A stretch of 52,569 nucleotides of DNA from IMG/VR virus record IMGVR_UViG_3300012878_000049, positions 1-52,569 of that record, one strand, 5' to 3'. The notes under the pieces were generated by a model. The model saw only the letters and a program-made list of their open reading frames with translations. It was not told the origin of the DNA and ran no database searches. Positions 33,770-43,800 of this stretch are shown piece by piece. The translations under genes and the position numbers were made by a program. The first letter of the stretch is position 1. Each line of letters begins with the position of its first letter. Source of the DNA: a virus. Taxonomy: Duplodnaviria; Caudoviricetes.

Positions 33770-34021
33770 ATGAAGAAAGTAAAGATGATCGCGCTGAAGC
33801 CGATCCGCGGCGTTGCCGTGGGCCAGACCTTCAACGCGGCGCCGGCCTACGCGCGGATCTGGACGGCGTCGGGCCATGCGAAGGCATACACGGCCGAGGA
33901 TCCGCAGGCGCCGGCTGCCAAGCCCAGCGAGACGAAGCCCGCGGCCGAGTCCAAGCCTGCCGGGCCTGCGAAGAAGCGCGCCTACAAGCGGCGTGACGCC
34001 AAGCCCAGCGAGACGAAGTAA
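33770..34021 (+). CDS. Small basic head-module protein
   Basis: GGAG SD; KKRAYKRRD tail; 21-bp direct repeat coding AKPSETK. Confidence 0.7.
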   Translation: MKKVKMIALKPIRGVAVGQTFNAAPAYARIWTASGHAKAYTAEDPQAPAAKPSETKPAAESKPAGPAKKRAYKRRDAKPSETK

Positions 34022-35395
34022 ATGACATTCACCCCTGGCGAGATCGCACTCGAGTACGCACTGAAGAAGTACGGCTCGGCTGCGCTGTCGCCTGTCGGCA
34101 GCACCTCTGGCGGGGGATGGATTCCCGTTATCCGTGAGCCTTACACCGGCGCATGGCAGGAGAACAAGGAGCTGGCCGTCAAGGACGTGCTGGGCTTCTA
34201 CGCGGTATACGCGTGCGTGACCCTGATCGCTGGCGACATGGGGAAGATGCCGATCAAGCTCGTCGAGGAAGGTGCCGACGGCATCTGGCGCAAGGTTAAC
34301 GACGGCTCGCCCTACTGGAAGGTGCTGAAGAAGCCCAACCGGTTCCAGATTCGTAGCAAGTTCGTGCAGCAATGGTTGATCTCGAAGCTGACCCGGGGCA
34401 ACGCCTACGCGCTGAAGGTCCGCGACCAGCGCGGCATCGTGGCCGAGCTGTACATCCTCGACCCCGGCCGGGTGACGCCGCTGGTGTCGGAGAGTGGCGA
34501 CGTGTTCTACCAGCTCAAGCGCGACGATCTCTCTGGCGTGGGTGACGATGTGACTGTGCCGGCGCGCGAGATCATCCACGACACGATGATCCCGCTGTAT
34601 CACCCGTTGATGGGCGTGTCGCCGATCTACGCGTGCGGTATGTCCGCAGGGCACGGACTCAAGATCCAGACGAGCGCGGCGCAGTTCTTCGAGAAGGGCG
34701 CGCGGCCGGGCGGTGTTCTCACTGCGCCAGGCGCTATCGGCGATGACACGGCGAAGCGCATCAAGGACCACTGGGACGCGAACTACAGCGGCGTCAACGC
34801 CGGAAAGGTCGCGGTTCTAGGCGATGGCCTGAAGTTCGAGGCGATGTCGGCGACCGCGATCGACTCGCAGCTGATCGAGCAGCTGAAGCTGACGGCAGAG
34901 CAAGTGTGCTCGGCGTTCCACGTGCCGGCCTACAAGGTCGGCGTGGGGCCGACCCCCACCTACGCGAACGCGCAGGTCCTGAACCAGATCTACTACTCCG
35001 ACTGCCTGCAGGCCCTGATCGAAGACGCGGAGGCGTCGCTGGATCACGGGCTTGAGCTGCCCAGCCGGTACGGAACAGAGTTCGACCTCGAATACCTGCT
35101 GATGATGGATTCAGAGACGCAGATGAAGGTCGCCACGGAGGGCATGAAGGCCGGTCTGATGAAGCCCGATGAAGGCCGGAGGCGACTGAACCTCGAGCCT
35201 GTAGAAGGTGGCGACACGCCGTACCTGCAGCAACAGAACTATTCCCTGGCCGCGCTCGCGCGCCGCGACGCACTGGCCGATCCGTTCGGGCGGTCATCGG
35301 CGGCTTCAGGGCCCGCTGAATCAGCAACTGATCAGACCGACAAGGCCCTGCACGCACTGTGGCGCCGCGCGCCGGAGACCCTGACCCATGTTTGA
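34022..35395 (+). CDS. HK97-family portal protein
   Basis: AVYACVTLIA, LTRGNAY, GVSPI, FFEKGARPGGVL, AVLGDGLKF. Confidence 0.93.
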   Translation: MTFTPGEIALEYALKKYGSAALSPVGSTSGGGWIPVIREPYTGAWQENKELAVKDVLGFYAVYACVTLIAGDMGKMPIKLVEEGADGIWRKVNDGSPYWKVLKKPNRFQIRSKFVQQWLISKLTRGNAYALKVRDQRGIVAELYILDPGRVTPLVSESGDVFYQLKRDDLSGVGDDVTVPAREIIHDTMIPLYHPLMGVSPIYACGMSAGHGLKIQTSAAQFFEKGARPGGVLTAPGAIGDDTAKRIKDHWDANYSGVNAGKVAVLGDGLKFEAMSATAIDSQLIEQLKLTAEQVCSAFHVPAYKVGVGPTPTYANAQVLNQIYYSDCLQALIEDAEASLDHGLELPSRYGTEFDLEYLLMMDSETQMKVATEGMKAGLMKPDEGRRRLNLEPVEGGDTPYLQQQNYSLAALARRDALADPFGRSSAASGPAESATDQTDKALHALWRRAPETLTHV

Positions 35396-36332
35396 TGTGC
35401 AGAAGTTCGTTGGCGAGCTGCAGGATTACATCGGAAAGGCCCTGAAGCCGCTGGCTGATCGCGTCAAGGCGCTGGAGGAACGCGAGCCCGCTCGAGGAGA
35501 GCCGGGCCGAGACGGCGCCGATGGACGTGATGGCCAGGACGCGCCACCTGTCAGCGAAGCCCGACTGCGCGATGCCCTGTCGCCAGCCCTGGCCAAGCAC
35601 GTCGCCGACTGGCTGGCTGCGAACCCGCCGACACCTGGCGCAGATGGTGCGAACGGTCGCGATGGCGTAGACGGTGCGAGCGTCAACATGGACCAGGTCG
35701 AGCAGATCGTCGCAGCGCGCCTGGATGAGATCGAGCGCGAAGCGGCGGTGCAGGTGCAGGCCGCAATCGACGCCTTGCCGGTACCCCAGGATGGGGAGAA
35801 TGGTCGCCCCGGAGCCGACGGCGCGCCAGGCCGAGATGGCGCATCAATCACGCTGGACGACGTTCGTCCCATGCTGGAGGCCGAGCTGGCGAAATGGGCG
35901 CTGGACTTCGAGCGCCGCGCGCAGGGCGTGCTGGAGCGCGCTGTGGAGCGAATCCCTGCACCGCCTGCAGGGAAGGACGGCCGTGATGGCGTAGACGGCA
36001 AAAACGGCCGCGACGGCCTCGCCCTGAGGCATCTGTCCGTGGAGCAGGTCGACGAACGCACCATGACTCTTACGCTGCGCGATGACGAGCGGGTTGAGCA
36101 CGTGCATTTGGCTTTTCCGGTCGTCATCGACCGTGGCGTGTACCGAGAGGGTGATTCGCTCTACGAGAAGGGCGACGGCGTCAGCTTCGGCGGCTCGTTC
36201 TGGATCGCCCAGAAGGACGCTCCGGACGGGAAGCCTGGAATGTCCAGCGACTGGCGCCTGGCAGTCAAGAAAGGCCGAGACGGCAAGGATGGTCGCAACG
36301 GTATCGACTTCACGAAGCAGGTGAAGCCATGA
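35388..36332 (+). CDS. Collagen-like (Gly-X-Y) head-module protein
   Basis: Several short GXY tracts such as GEPGRDGADGRDG; C-term WRLAVKKGRDG. Confidence 0.8.
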   Translation: MFDVQKFVGELQDYIGKALKPLADRVKALEEREPARGEPGRDGADGRDGQDAPPVSEARLRDALSPALAKHVADWLAANPPTPGADGANGRDGVDGASVNMDQVEQIVAARLDEIEREAAVQVQAAIDALPVPQDGENGRPGADGAPGRDGASITLDDVRPMLEAELAKWALDFERRAQGVLERAVERIPAPPAGKDGRDGVDGKNGRDGLALRHLSVEQVDERTMTLTLRDDERVEHVHLAFPVVIDRGVYREGDSLYEKGDGVSFGGSFWIAQKDAPDGKPGMSSDWRLAVKKGRDGKDGRNGIDFTKQVKP

Positions 36333-36610
36333 GAATCATCACCCCCGAGCGCGTTGCAATCGCCATCCGAGCCGACTCCGACGAAGATCTGGCGTATCTC
36401 GAGCGACTCGCAGAGGAGGCGTCGCAGATCGTCCTCGACTACCTGAAGCAGTGGCCTGAAACGTGGACTGGGCCGGACGACGTGCCTCTGCACATCCAGT
36501 CCGCAACCGCGCTGGTCGCAATCTCGCTTGATGAGAAGCGCGACGAGAATCCGATCAACGAAGGCGTGCGCAGCATCCTGATGCGCAGTCGCGATCCGGC
36601 GTTCGCATGA
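36329..36610 (+). CDS. Head-tail connector (gp6-like)
   Basis: Size, position, ASQIVLDYL..VP.HIQSA..RDP. Confidence 0.8.
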   Translation: MRIITPERVAIAIRADSDEDLAYLERLAEEASQIVLDYLKQWPETWTGPDDVPLHIQSATALVAISLDEKRDENPINEGVRSILMRSRDPAFA

Positions 36611-36945
36611 TGGCCGTAGCATCCGGCGGCCGGCCCAACCTCATCCGAATCGAGAGGCAGGAGACGGTGACGAATGACTTTGGCGAAGAGATCGGCGTCG
36701 AGTGGGTCGAAGTCGCGCGCGTGCGGGCCAGGATGACCAACAAGCTGAGCGCGACGGCCGAGGCTGTGGCCTCCGGCGCTACGGCATACCGAGAGACGGT
36801 GCAGTTCGACATCCGCCCCCGCGACATCGACTCGTCGTGGCGCATCGTCCACCGCGGCAAGGTCTACGACATCAAGTCGGCCGGCACGTCGAACGACGGC
36901 AGCGAGACGGCGGTGATCGCCGTAGCGGGATTGAACAATGGCTGA
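36607..36945 (+). CDS. Head closure / head-tail adaptor
   Basis: NDFGE..W..VA.V.A, WRIVHRGKVYDI. Confidence 0.85.
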   Translation: MMAVASGGRPNLIRIERQETVTNDFGEEIGVEWVEVARVRARMTNKLSATAEAVASGATAYRETVQFDIRPRDIDSSWRIVHRGKVYDIKSAGTSNDGSETAVIAVAGLNNG

Positions 36946-37120
36946 TCTACCAGATCGTCCGGTCCCGCCGCCGCCGCGCATTCAGTACTACGGGATAGGC
37001 GGTCCCCTGATGTTCGACTCCCCGGCGGAATTGGCCGCATGGAAGGCAGAGTCGTGGTGGAGGCTATTGCTGGGCCTGACCGCATACGACCGCAAGCTCT
37101 CGAAGCACGGGCGGGGCTGA
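36938..37120 (+). CDS. Small inserted hypothetical protein
   Basis: Fills the gap between neck genes and overlaps the upstream stop. Confidence 0.45.
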   Translation: MADLPDRPVPPPPRIQYYGIGGPLMFDSPAELAAWKAESWWRLLLGLTAYDRKLSKHGRG

Positions 37121-37122
37121 CC

Positions 37123-37542
37123 GTGAGCATCACCGTCGGCATCCGCGGCCTCGGGGCACTGGCGGAGGACTTCTCGCGCTTGGCGAAAGGTGCGCAGAAG
37201 CGCGTGCTGCGACAGGCAACGATGGCCGGCGCACGCGTCGGGCGCAATGCGATCCGAGATGCCGCCCCGGTGGACGAGGGCATCACTCGCAAGAACGTGG
37301 TCGCGGCAGCAGCAAAGCAGAACGAGCCCGGCACCTTCACCTCCGGCGTGCGCGTGCGGGGCGAGCGGCGCGACGACGGCACCAGCCCGGCATTCACGTG
37401 GCGGTTCTCCGAGCTCGGCACCAGTCGCGAGCCAGCGCGGCCGTGGATCCGTCCCACCTGGGACAGCAATGAGGACGAGATCGCCGTCGCGGTGCGTGAC
37501 CGGCTGGCGGGCGCAATCGACGAAGCACTGGGACGCCGATGA
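37123..37542 (+). CDS. HK97 gp10-family tail component
   Basis: APVDEG..WRFSELGT..PARPWIRP; GTG start. Confidence 0.85.
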   Translation: MSITVGIRGLGALAEDFSRLAKGAQKRVLRQATMAGARVGRNAIRDAAPVDEGITRKNVVAAAAKQNEPGTFTSGVRVRGERRDDGTSPAFTWRFSELGTSREPARPWIRPTWDSNEDEIAVAVRDRLAGAIDEALGRR

Positions 37543-37898
37543 TCGAGACGCTGATCCAGAACCGGCTGCGCGCGCTGGCCGGCGGGCGCGTGTACGGCGG
37601 CGTCGCCCCTGACGCGGTCGCGCGGCCGTACATCACGCACTTCCACATGGGCGGCGAGCTCGGCGTGACCTTCTGCGGCCCGGACGGCAGCGACGAGGGC
37701 AGCGTCCAGATCGACTGCTGGGCCGCCAGCCGCGGCGAGGCGACGACGATCGCCTGGCAGGTCTTCCACGCCCTGAAAGCGCAGGGCGCCGATTTCGCCG
37801 TCGATTCGATTCGCCGGCTCCCGAGCGCGTACGAACCGGACACGAAGCTGCACCGCGTGTCGTGGGAAGTCGCCATCACCACCACCACACCCGACTGA
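37539..37898 (+). CDS. Tail terminator (DUF3168-like)
   Basis: RVY..AP....PYI, VQIDCWA, YEPDTKLHR. Confidence 0.85.
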   Translation: MIETLIQNRLRALAGGRVYGGVAPDAVARPYITHFHMGGELGVTFCGPDGSDEGSVQIDCWAASRGEATTIAWQVFHALKAQGADFAVDSIRRLPSAYEPDTKLHRVSWEVAITTTTPD

Positions 37899-37912
37899 GA
37901 GGTATCGCCACC

Positions 37913-38368
37913 ATGGCTTCCAAGCACACGCGCGCGCAGGGCACCCGCATCATGATCTCCGCGCTTCCCATCGACACGCTCACCACGGCCACGCCGGACA
38001 ACGAGGACTACATCACCCTCGGGTGCACGATGAAGTCGTACAACCGCGCCGGCGGCCAGCGCACGGAAACCGATATCTCGACCTTCTGCTCCGAGGTCGT
38101 CGAGAAGGACTTCGGCTTGAAGGACAACGGCACGGTCACGTTCTCGGGCAACTACTACGACGGCGACGACGCGCAGGATCTGCTGCGCGAGGCGGAAGAG
38201 GCGGGCGATCGTCACGAGTTCCGGGTCATCGACAGCCGGAATCGCGAGGCGCGCTACCTGGGCGTCATCACGCAGACCAGCGAGGAAGCAAGCGTCAACG
38301 GCTCGTGGAATGCGACTTTCACGATCGCCATCGTGAGCCGCATCATCCGTGAAGCGTATACGACCTGA
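37913..38368 (+). CDS. Major tail tube protein
   Basis: QGT.I.IS, IST.CS....FGL.D.G..TFSGN. Confidence 0.85.
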   Translation: MASKHTRAQGTRIMISALPIDTLTTATPDNEDYITLGCTMKSYNRAGGQRTETDISTFCSEVVEKDFGLKDNGTVTFSGNYYDGDDAQDLLREAEEAGDRHEFRVIDSRNREARYLGVITQTSEEASVNGSWNATFTIAIVSRIIREAYTT

Positions 38369-38772
38369 TGGCTACCAAGCATGGCATCCGCGCCCTCGCC
38401 ACGGCCTCGCTCGCGCCCTTCAAGCACGAGCGGGTGACCGTCGACGAGTGGGAAGGCGCGAAGCTGATCGTGCGGCAGATGACCGCCGGCGACTGGATCG
38501 ACTACCGGGCCGCGATCGCGCGGGCACGGGACGCAGCCGGCCTCGAGCCGGGTGAAGCGTCGGAGGTGCCGGTCAACGTCATCCCGGCTACCGCTCTGGT
38601 GCTGGTGCGCACGCTGTTCGACGAGGCCGGTAAGCGCGTGCTGACCGATCGCGATGCCGACGACGTGGCCGCATCGTTCTCGGACGTGCACGGCCGTCTG
38701 GTCGATAAGGCGTTCGAACTGTCGGGCATCAACGCCGGCAAGGATGAGGTAGACGAAGCGGGAAACGGCTGA
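38368..38772 (+). CDS. Tail assembly chaperone (G)
   Basis: Position after the tail tube gene; ends at a slippery site. Confidence 0.85.
   Translation: MATKHGIRALATASLAPFKHERVTVDEWEGAKLIVRQMTAGDWIDYRAAIARARDAAGLEPGEASEVPVNVIPATALVLVRTLFDEAGKRVLTDRDADDVAASFSDVHGRLVDKAFELSGINAGKDEVDEAGNG
38760..38766 (+). other. Programmed -1 frameshift site GGGAAAC
   Basis: G GGA AAC in register; the -1 frame is open into 38817..39044. Confidence 0.8.
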
Positions 38773-39044
38773 CGCAGGAACCGGACCTGCGATTTCTGTG
38801 TGACCTCGCGCTCCGGATGGGCCGCACGCTCAAGGAGCTGCGCGAGACGATGGAGCCGGCGGAGCTGGTGCTCTGGATGGCGCGCAATCGAGAGTCGCCG
38901 ATCGGCTTCGACCGCGAGGACTTCCACGCGGCCCAGGTCGCGGCGGCGGTCAGCGGCGGGAAGATCGACGAGCTGATGCCGAAGTGGGGCCAGTCCGTAG
39001 GCGATGAGCCCGACGCGGCGTTAGATATGCTGATGGGAGGGTAA
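38760..39044 (+). CDS. Tail chaperone T extension (G-T fusion part)
   Basis: FLCDLALRMGRTLKEL..EL..W..SPIG..R.D. Confidence 0.8.
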   Translation, partial: GKRLTQEPDLRFLCDLALRMGRTLKELRETMEPAELVLWMARNRESPIGFDREDFHAAQVAAAVSGGKIDELMPKWGQSVGDEPDAALDMLMGG

Positions 39045-39084
39045 GCTGTCCAGGCTATTAGCAGCTAACCAATAAGGAACGTTC

Positions 39085-39327
39085 ATGATCGATGGGTTGA
39101 GAATGGAGTTGGACGAGAGCACGATCTTGGTTGAGAAGGAAGAGTGGAGCCGCATCGTCGCCGAGGGGAGCGCTGGTAAGTTCGAGATGGCATGCAAGTT
39201 CTTTCACGACTCCGTAGCCAGCGGATTTTCCGTGAGGTTGATTGCGAATGGTGAGATCGCCAATAGCCTGGATCGCTCGGATGAAGTGTCTGCCCTAATT
39301 GCGGAAGCAAAAAAAGATCGCGGTTGA
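39085..39327 (+). CDS. Moron hypothetical protein
   Basis: TAAGGA SD; more AT-rich than flanks. Confidence 0.65.
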   Translation: MIDGLRMELDESTILVEKEEWSRIVAEGSAGKFEMACKFFHDSVASGFSVRLIANGEIANSLDRSDEVSALIAEAKKDRG

Positions 39328-39419
39328 TGCTTCAACTGAGGCGGCCTGAGTACAGGCGGGCCGGCAGAGCTGCTAGCCTCGCCAAGTTGAAGGTGTTCCC
39401 GTTCCATGGCCATTTGAAG

Positions 39420-39448
39420 AAGGCACCCTGCGAGGTGCCTTTTTCTTT
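39420..39448 (+). terminator. Intrinsic terminator
   Basis: AAGGCACC-CTGCGA-GGTGCCTTTTTCTTT. Confidence 0.75.
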
Positions 39449-39522
39449 GGCCGATGATCGTCTGGTCCAGGCGTGATAATTTCCCGATCGCACCAGGATC
39501 GGTGCATACAGGGGGATGTGCC

Positions 39523-40134
39523 ATGGGGAAGATGGTGCGGTTACTGGCTGTCTTGTGTCTGTTAGCGTTTAGCGTCGGGTGTGCTACGAATCAGCCACCT
39601 GCGGCCCCGCCGCCTCCGCCACCTGCGGAGCAATACCATGAGCAGAAGGCGCTTGATGATCACCGGGCCGCGGCAATGGACCAAGCTGATCGCGCGATTC
39701 GATGGGAGCGAATAATCGACGCTGCGGTTAAGGATTCGATCGGTGATTGCACTGACTACCTGGAGCTGAAGGGCGACAGATCAGATTCGAGACGTGTATG
39801 GCCAGCGGCCCTGATGATCACCGGTATCGTCGCAGGCTCTGTAGTCGTGCCGGCACTAGCAGCTGGGAATGCAGCCGCTAACGCAGGATGGATCGCTGGA
39901 GTGGGCGGCCTTTCAGGCGGCGCCATCGCCTCCTCCAAGGTTCTTGAATCCTCAGGGTTGAGTGGATCTGCTGACGCGAAAGATCGCAACAAGGTTGCGG
40001 CCGCCGTTCGCGAGCTGGCGGCGGTCGCGCTCGACCCGTCCAAGCCGGTCGACACTCGGATGGCTGCTGCCGTAAGGATCAAAGTCGAGTGCAAGCTGCC
40101 TGACATGCACGTGCCAACGATTCCTGGGACCTAG
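39523..40134 (+). CDS. Moron lipoprotein with internal hydrophobic Gly/Ala hairpin
   Basis: SVGC lipobox, poly-Pro linker, ALMITGIVAGSVVVPALAAG..WIAGVGGLSGG. Confidence 0.75.
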   Translation: MGKMVRLLAVLCLLAFSVGCATNQPPAAPPPPPPAEQYHEQKALDDHRAAAMDQADRAIRWERIIDAAVKDSIGDCTDYLELKGDRSDSRRVWPAALMITGIVAGSVVVPALAAGNAAANAGWIAGVGGLSGGAIASSKVLESSGLSGSADAKDRNKVAAAVRELAAVALDPSKPVDTRMAAAVRIKVECKLPDMHVPTIPGT

Positions 40135-40215
40135 TGTGGCGAGGCCAGGAAGGCAATCCAAGCAAGGACGCCGGGCGGTGGGATACTTGCCCCTCCATAG
40201 ATCGGGGAGGTGGAG

Positions 40216-40821
40216 ATGAAGCTGCTGCCACTAGTGTTGGCGACTGCGTTCGTGGCGGGCTGCTCGCAGGACACGGTTGAGATAGATCAAACGGCCCAAG
40301 AAGCGGTGCCGCAGGACGCGCAGACCGCGCCTATCCTGTTGCCACAGGAAGAAGCGCAGAAGATTGCGATCTATACGTCCCTGGCGAGCCTGGGTTGTAA
40401 GTCGGCTGTGGCTTATCGTGACTTGATCTTGATGGGAGGCAAGCCGTCTATGACTCGCCCGACGGAAAGTCAAAGCTCTGAGTTTTCGGCATTGCACAGC
40501 GCCATTTCTGAATTCCTGGAACTGCGAGATTCTGTCAAGGCCTTTCGCTCAGCCGAGTTGGAATGCTTCTCCAACCCTTCTAATCGCGCGAGCGAGGTAT
40601 TGACGACACGTCGATCAGAAGTCGAAATGAACCTTGAGCTTGTGAGTGAGCGTGCCCAAGCGCATGTGCAGAAGACCCTGCCAGAGCTTGAGCGAGAGCT
40701 GGACGAGCTCAAGCGGAAAGTGGCCTCAAGGGAGGTGCCGGATGACTTCGTGTCCGAAGCGGTAATCTCCGCTTTGGAGGACGACATCGAGCAGGCACGG
40801 ATGGAGCAATCCACGAAGTAG
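40216..40821 (+). CDS. Moron lipoprotein
   Basis: MKLLPLVLATAFVAGC lipobox; GGAGG SD. Confidence 0.8.
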   Translation: MKLLPLVLATAFVAGCSQDTVEIDQTAQEAVPQDAQTAPILLPQEEAQKIAIYTSLASLGCKSAVAYRDLILMGGKPSMTRPTESQSSEFSALHSAISEFLELRDSVKAFRSAELECFSNPSNRASEVLTTRRSEVEMNLELVSERAQAHVQKTLPELERELDELKRKVASREVPDDFVSEAVISALEDDIEQARMEQSTK

Positions 40822-40843
40822 GGTCAGCAGTTTTTTGGTCAAC

Positions 40844-40874
40844 AAGGGTCGCCATTCGGCGGCCCTTTTTCTTT
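40844..40874 (+). terminator. Intrinsic terminator
   Basis: AAGGGTCGCC-ATTC-GGCGGCCCTTTTTCTTT. Confidence 0.75.
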
Positions 40875-40888
40875 GGGAGAAAGCCTGA

Positions 40889-43800
40889 GTGGCGACATCG
40901 CTGCGCGAACTGGTGGTCAGCGTTACCGCTAATACCGCGGCCTATCAGCGGGAGATGGCGCGCGCCTCTCGTATGGGCGGTGACTTCTACAAGACCGTGC
41001 AGCAGGGTGCGCCAGGGGCGAACCGTGCGTGGGACTCTCAGACTGCGGCAGCTCGAACTCACGCGACCGCGGTCGAGGCCGGCACTCAGGCAATTACGCG
41101 GTACATGGGAGTCGCTGCGGGTGCCTTCGGGGTGGGCAAGCTAGTCGGCATGGCCGACGAATGGACCAACATTTCGGCTCGGGTCCGTCTCGCTACTGAG
41201 ACGACCGCGGAGTTCGAGGCAGTGCAGGACCGGCTGGGCAAGATCGCAGACGCGACCTATCGACGGTATGGGGAGGCCGCTGACCAGTTCGCCAGCACCG
41301 CGCGGATGATGCGCGAGTTGGGGTTCTCGACAAACGACACACTGGACTCGGCCGAAGCGCTCGGCCTCGCGCTTGTCGCTGGTGGCTCAGACGCCCAGCG
41401 TGGCGCTAGTGCAATGAGTGCGTGGACGAAAGCCGTAGCGCTTGGGCGGATCGACACTGAAAAGTGGACCACCCTGATGGAGCAGACGCCAAGGGTTGCG
41501 CAGGCGCTGGCAGACGGGCTTGGCAAGACCACCGTCGAGATGACCGAGCTCGCTCGCGCTGGAAAACTGACAGCGGATGTTGCTGTCCCGGCCCTAATCG
41601 GGCAGATGGAAAAGCTGCGCGGCGAAGTGGCGCTGATGCCAACTGAGTTCCGTGATGCAGTTACCCGATCGGCCAATGCGCTGCTGAGATTGGTCGGTGG
41701 ATTGAATGAGGCCAGCGGCGCGACGGCCACGCTTGTGAAGGGCACCGAGTATCTCGTCGAGAACCTCGACGTGGTGTCGAAGATTGCAAGCGGTGCAGCC
41801 ATAGGCGTACTCGCCAGCAAGATGATCCTGATGGCCAAGGCGACAGGTCAGGCGGCGCTGAGTGCGACTCAGTCCTTTGTGGCAACACGGGCCGAGGCAT
41901 TGGCCATTCGAGATGCCACGGCGGCTGGCCTAGCCAAGGCGCAGGCCGATCTCCGCCGAGCACAGGCCGCCATGACCGCGACACGCGGCAGCGCCGAGAG
42001 CGCGCGGCAGTCCCGCAACCTCGCCACCGCGCTGCTGACCGAGCGCCAGGCGGCAGTGGCTGCGGCGACTGCGCAGGTGAACTATGCCCGCGCCACGAAC
42101 CTTGCAGCTTCTGCCGGCCGCGGTGCGCTGGCCATCCTCGGCGGCCCCGCCGGCCTGGCGCTGACGCTCGGCACCGTTGCCGCCGGCTGGCTGCTGTTCC
42201 GCGGTGGCACCGACGATGCCAGCCAATCGCTGGTCGACTTCAGCGGCGCGGCCGACACCGCGATCGGCAAGTTCCGCGAGCTCAACGCCCAGCAGCAGGC
42301 CGGGCAGCTGCTCCGGCTGGACGACCAGATCACCGAGAGCACTCGCGCTGTCGAGCAGGCGATCGAGCGGATGGTGGCCGCGGCGAGCGCGTTCGGCTCC
42401 AACGACATGCTGGCGCCGTACCTGGACCAGATCCGGACACTGCAGGCGGAGTTCGGCGCCGGCCGCATCTCGGCTGACGAGCTGTCCGACCGCGTCGCCG
42501 CGCTGAATCAGCAGGTGCTGCAGGGATCGCCGGCAGCTCAGACGGTCGGCCGCGACTTCGTGCGCTTTGGTGAGTCGCTGGCGACGTCGGCGCGCGAGGC
42601 AGACCGCAAGCGTGGGCTGATGGCCACGCTGACCCAGACCAACACCCAGACCGGCGACTCTGCCGCAGCAGCTGCAGGCAAGTACGACCAGCTCGCTGGC
42701 GGGATACGTGGGGCGGGCCAGGCCGCGGTCGACGTCGACGCTCAGCTACGCAGCCTCGACAGCAGGCTCAACGCGCAGATCGTCAACCTAGTGCGGATCC
42801 GCGATGGCGCCGAGAAAGCGATGCTGGTCGAGATCGGCCAGCAGATCAACGCGGCCGGCGGCGTCGGCGCGCTGACACCGGAGCAGCGCGCGGCCTTCAA
42901 CCAACAGATCGCTGCGCAGCGGCTGGTCATGCAGCAGACCGAAGCCGCGCAGGCGGCCGCGAAGGCAGCGAACGCGGCAGACCGCGCCGGCGCCAAGTCC
43001 GGTGACCAGTGGCGCGACTACAACGCGCAGATGGAGCGTGCGGCCGCTCTGCAGGGAGCGCTTGCAGATGCATATGGATCAAGCGAAGCAGCGGTAGAGG
43101 CTGCGAATCGGCAGCATGCGATAGAGGAGCAGGTACTGCGCTTCGGTGAAGGCCGCCGCGCCGAGATCACTGCTGCCATCGAGCGCGAGGCTGAGGCCAG
43201 AACAAGGGCGTATGGCGCGGAGACGGTCGCCAACCTGGAGCGCGAAGTCGCGATGCATGGTCTCGTCGGGCAGGCGGCTCGTATGCGCTTCGAGATTGAG
43301 CAGGGCGCCTATACCGATCTGGATCCGCTGCACCAGAGGCGACTTCAACAGCTGGCGGAGGAACGAGACGCCCAAGAGCGAGCAAAGAAAGCACAGTCCG
43401 AGTACGAATCGCTGCGGGACCGCTTCCTCGCGCCGGCCTATGGCGGGGGGGGCGTGTACGGGGTCAGTGATCAGTTCTCCGGTGTCAATCGCGCTGCAGC
43501 GCAGGAGCGCGAGGAGTACGAGGATCTTCTGAAATCTTTCGAGGAGTATCGCGAGGCGAAGCTTGCAGCAGGAGAGAGGTGGGACGGCAGCGAGCAGGAG
43601 CTGGCAGAGCGCCATCGCGCGAACATGGATCGAATCGATCAAGCGCGCTGGCAGGTTGCGGGGATGGTGGCGCAGGGCGCGCTGGAGGACATCACCGACA
43701 CGATGCGGGTTGCCTTCGGGGAGCAGTCCGGCCTGTACCGTGCGGCGTTCGCAGTGCAGAAGGCCGCGGCGATCGCGCAGGCGACGATGGCAATCCAGGC

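Noticed and set aside
33917-34018. 21-bp direct repeat as an att site or target duplication
   Set aside because: In-frame duplication of AKPSETK within a small head gene; no mobile element between the copies
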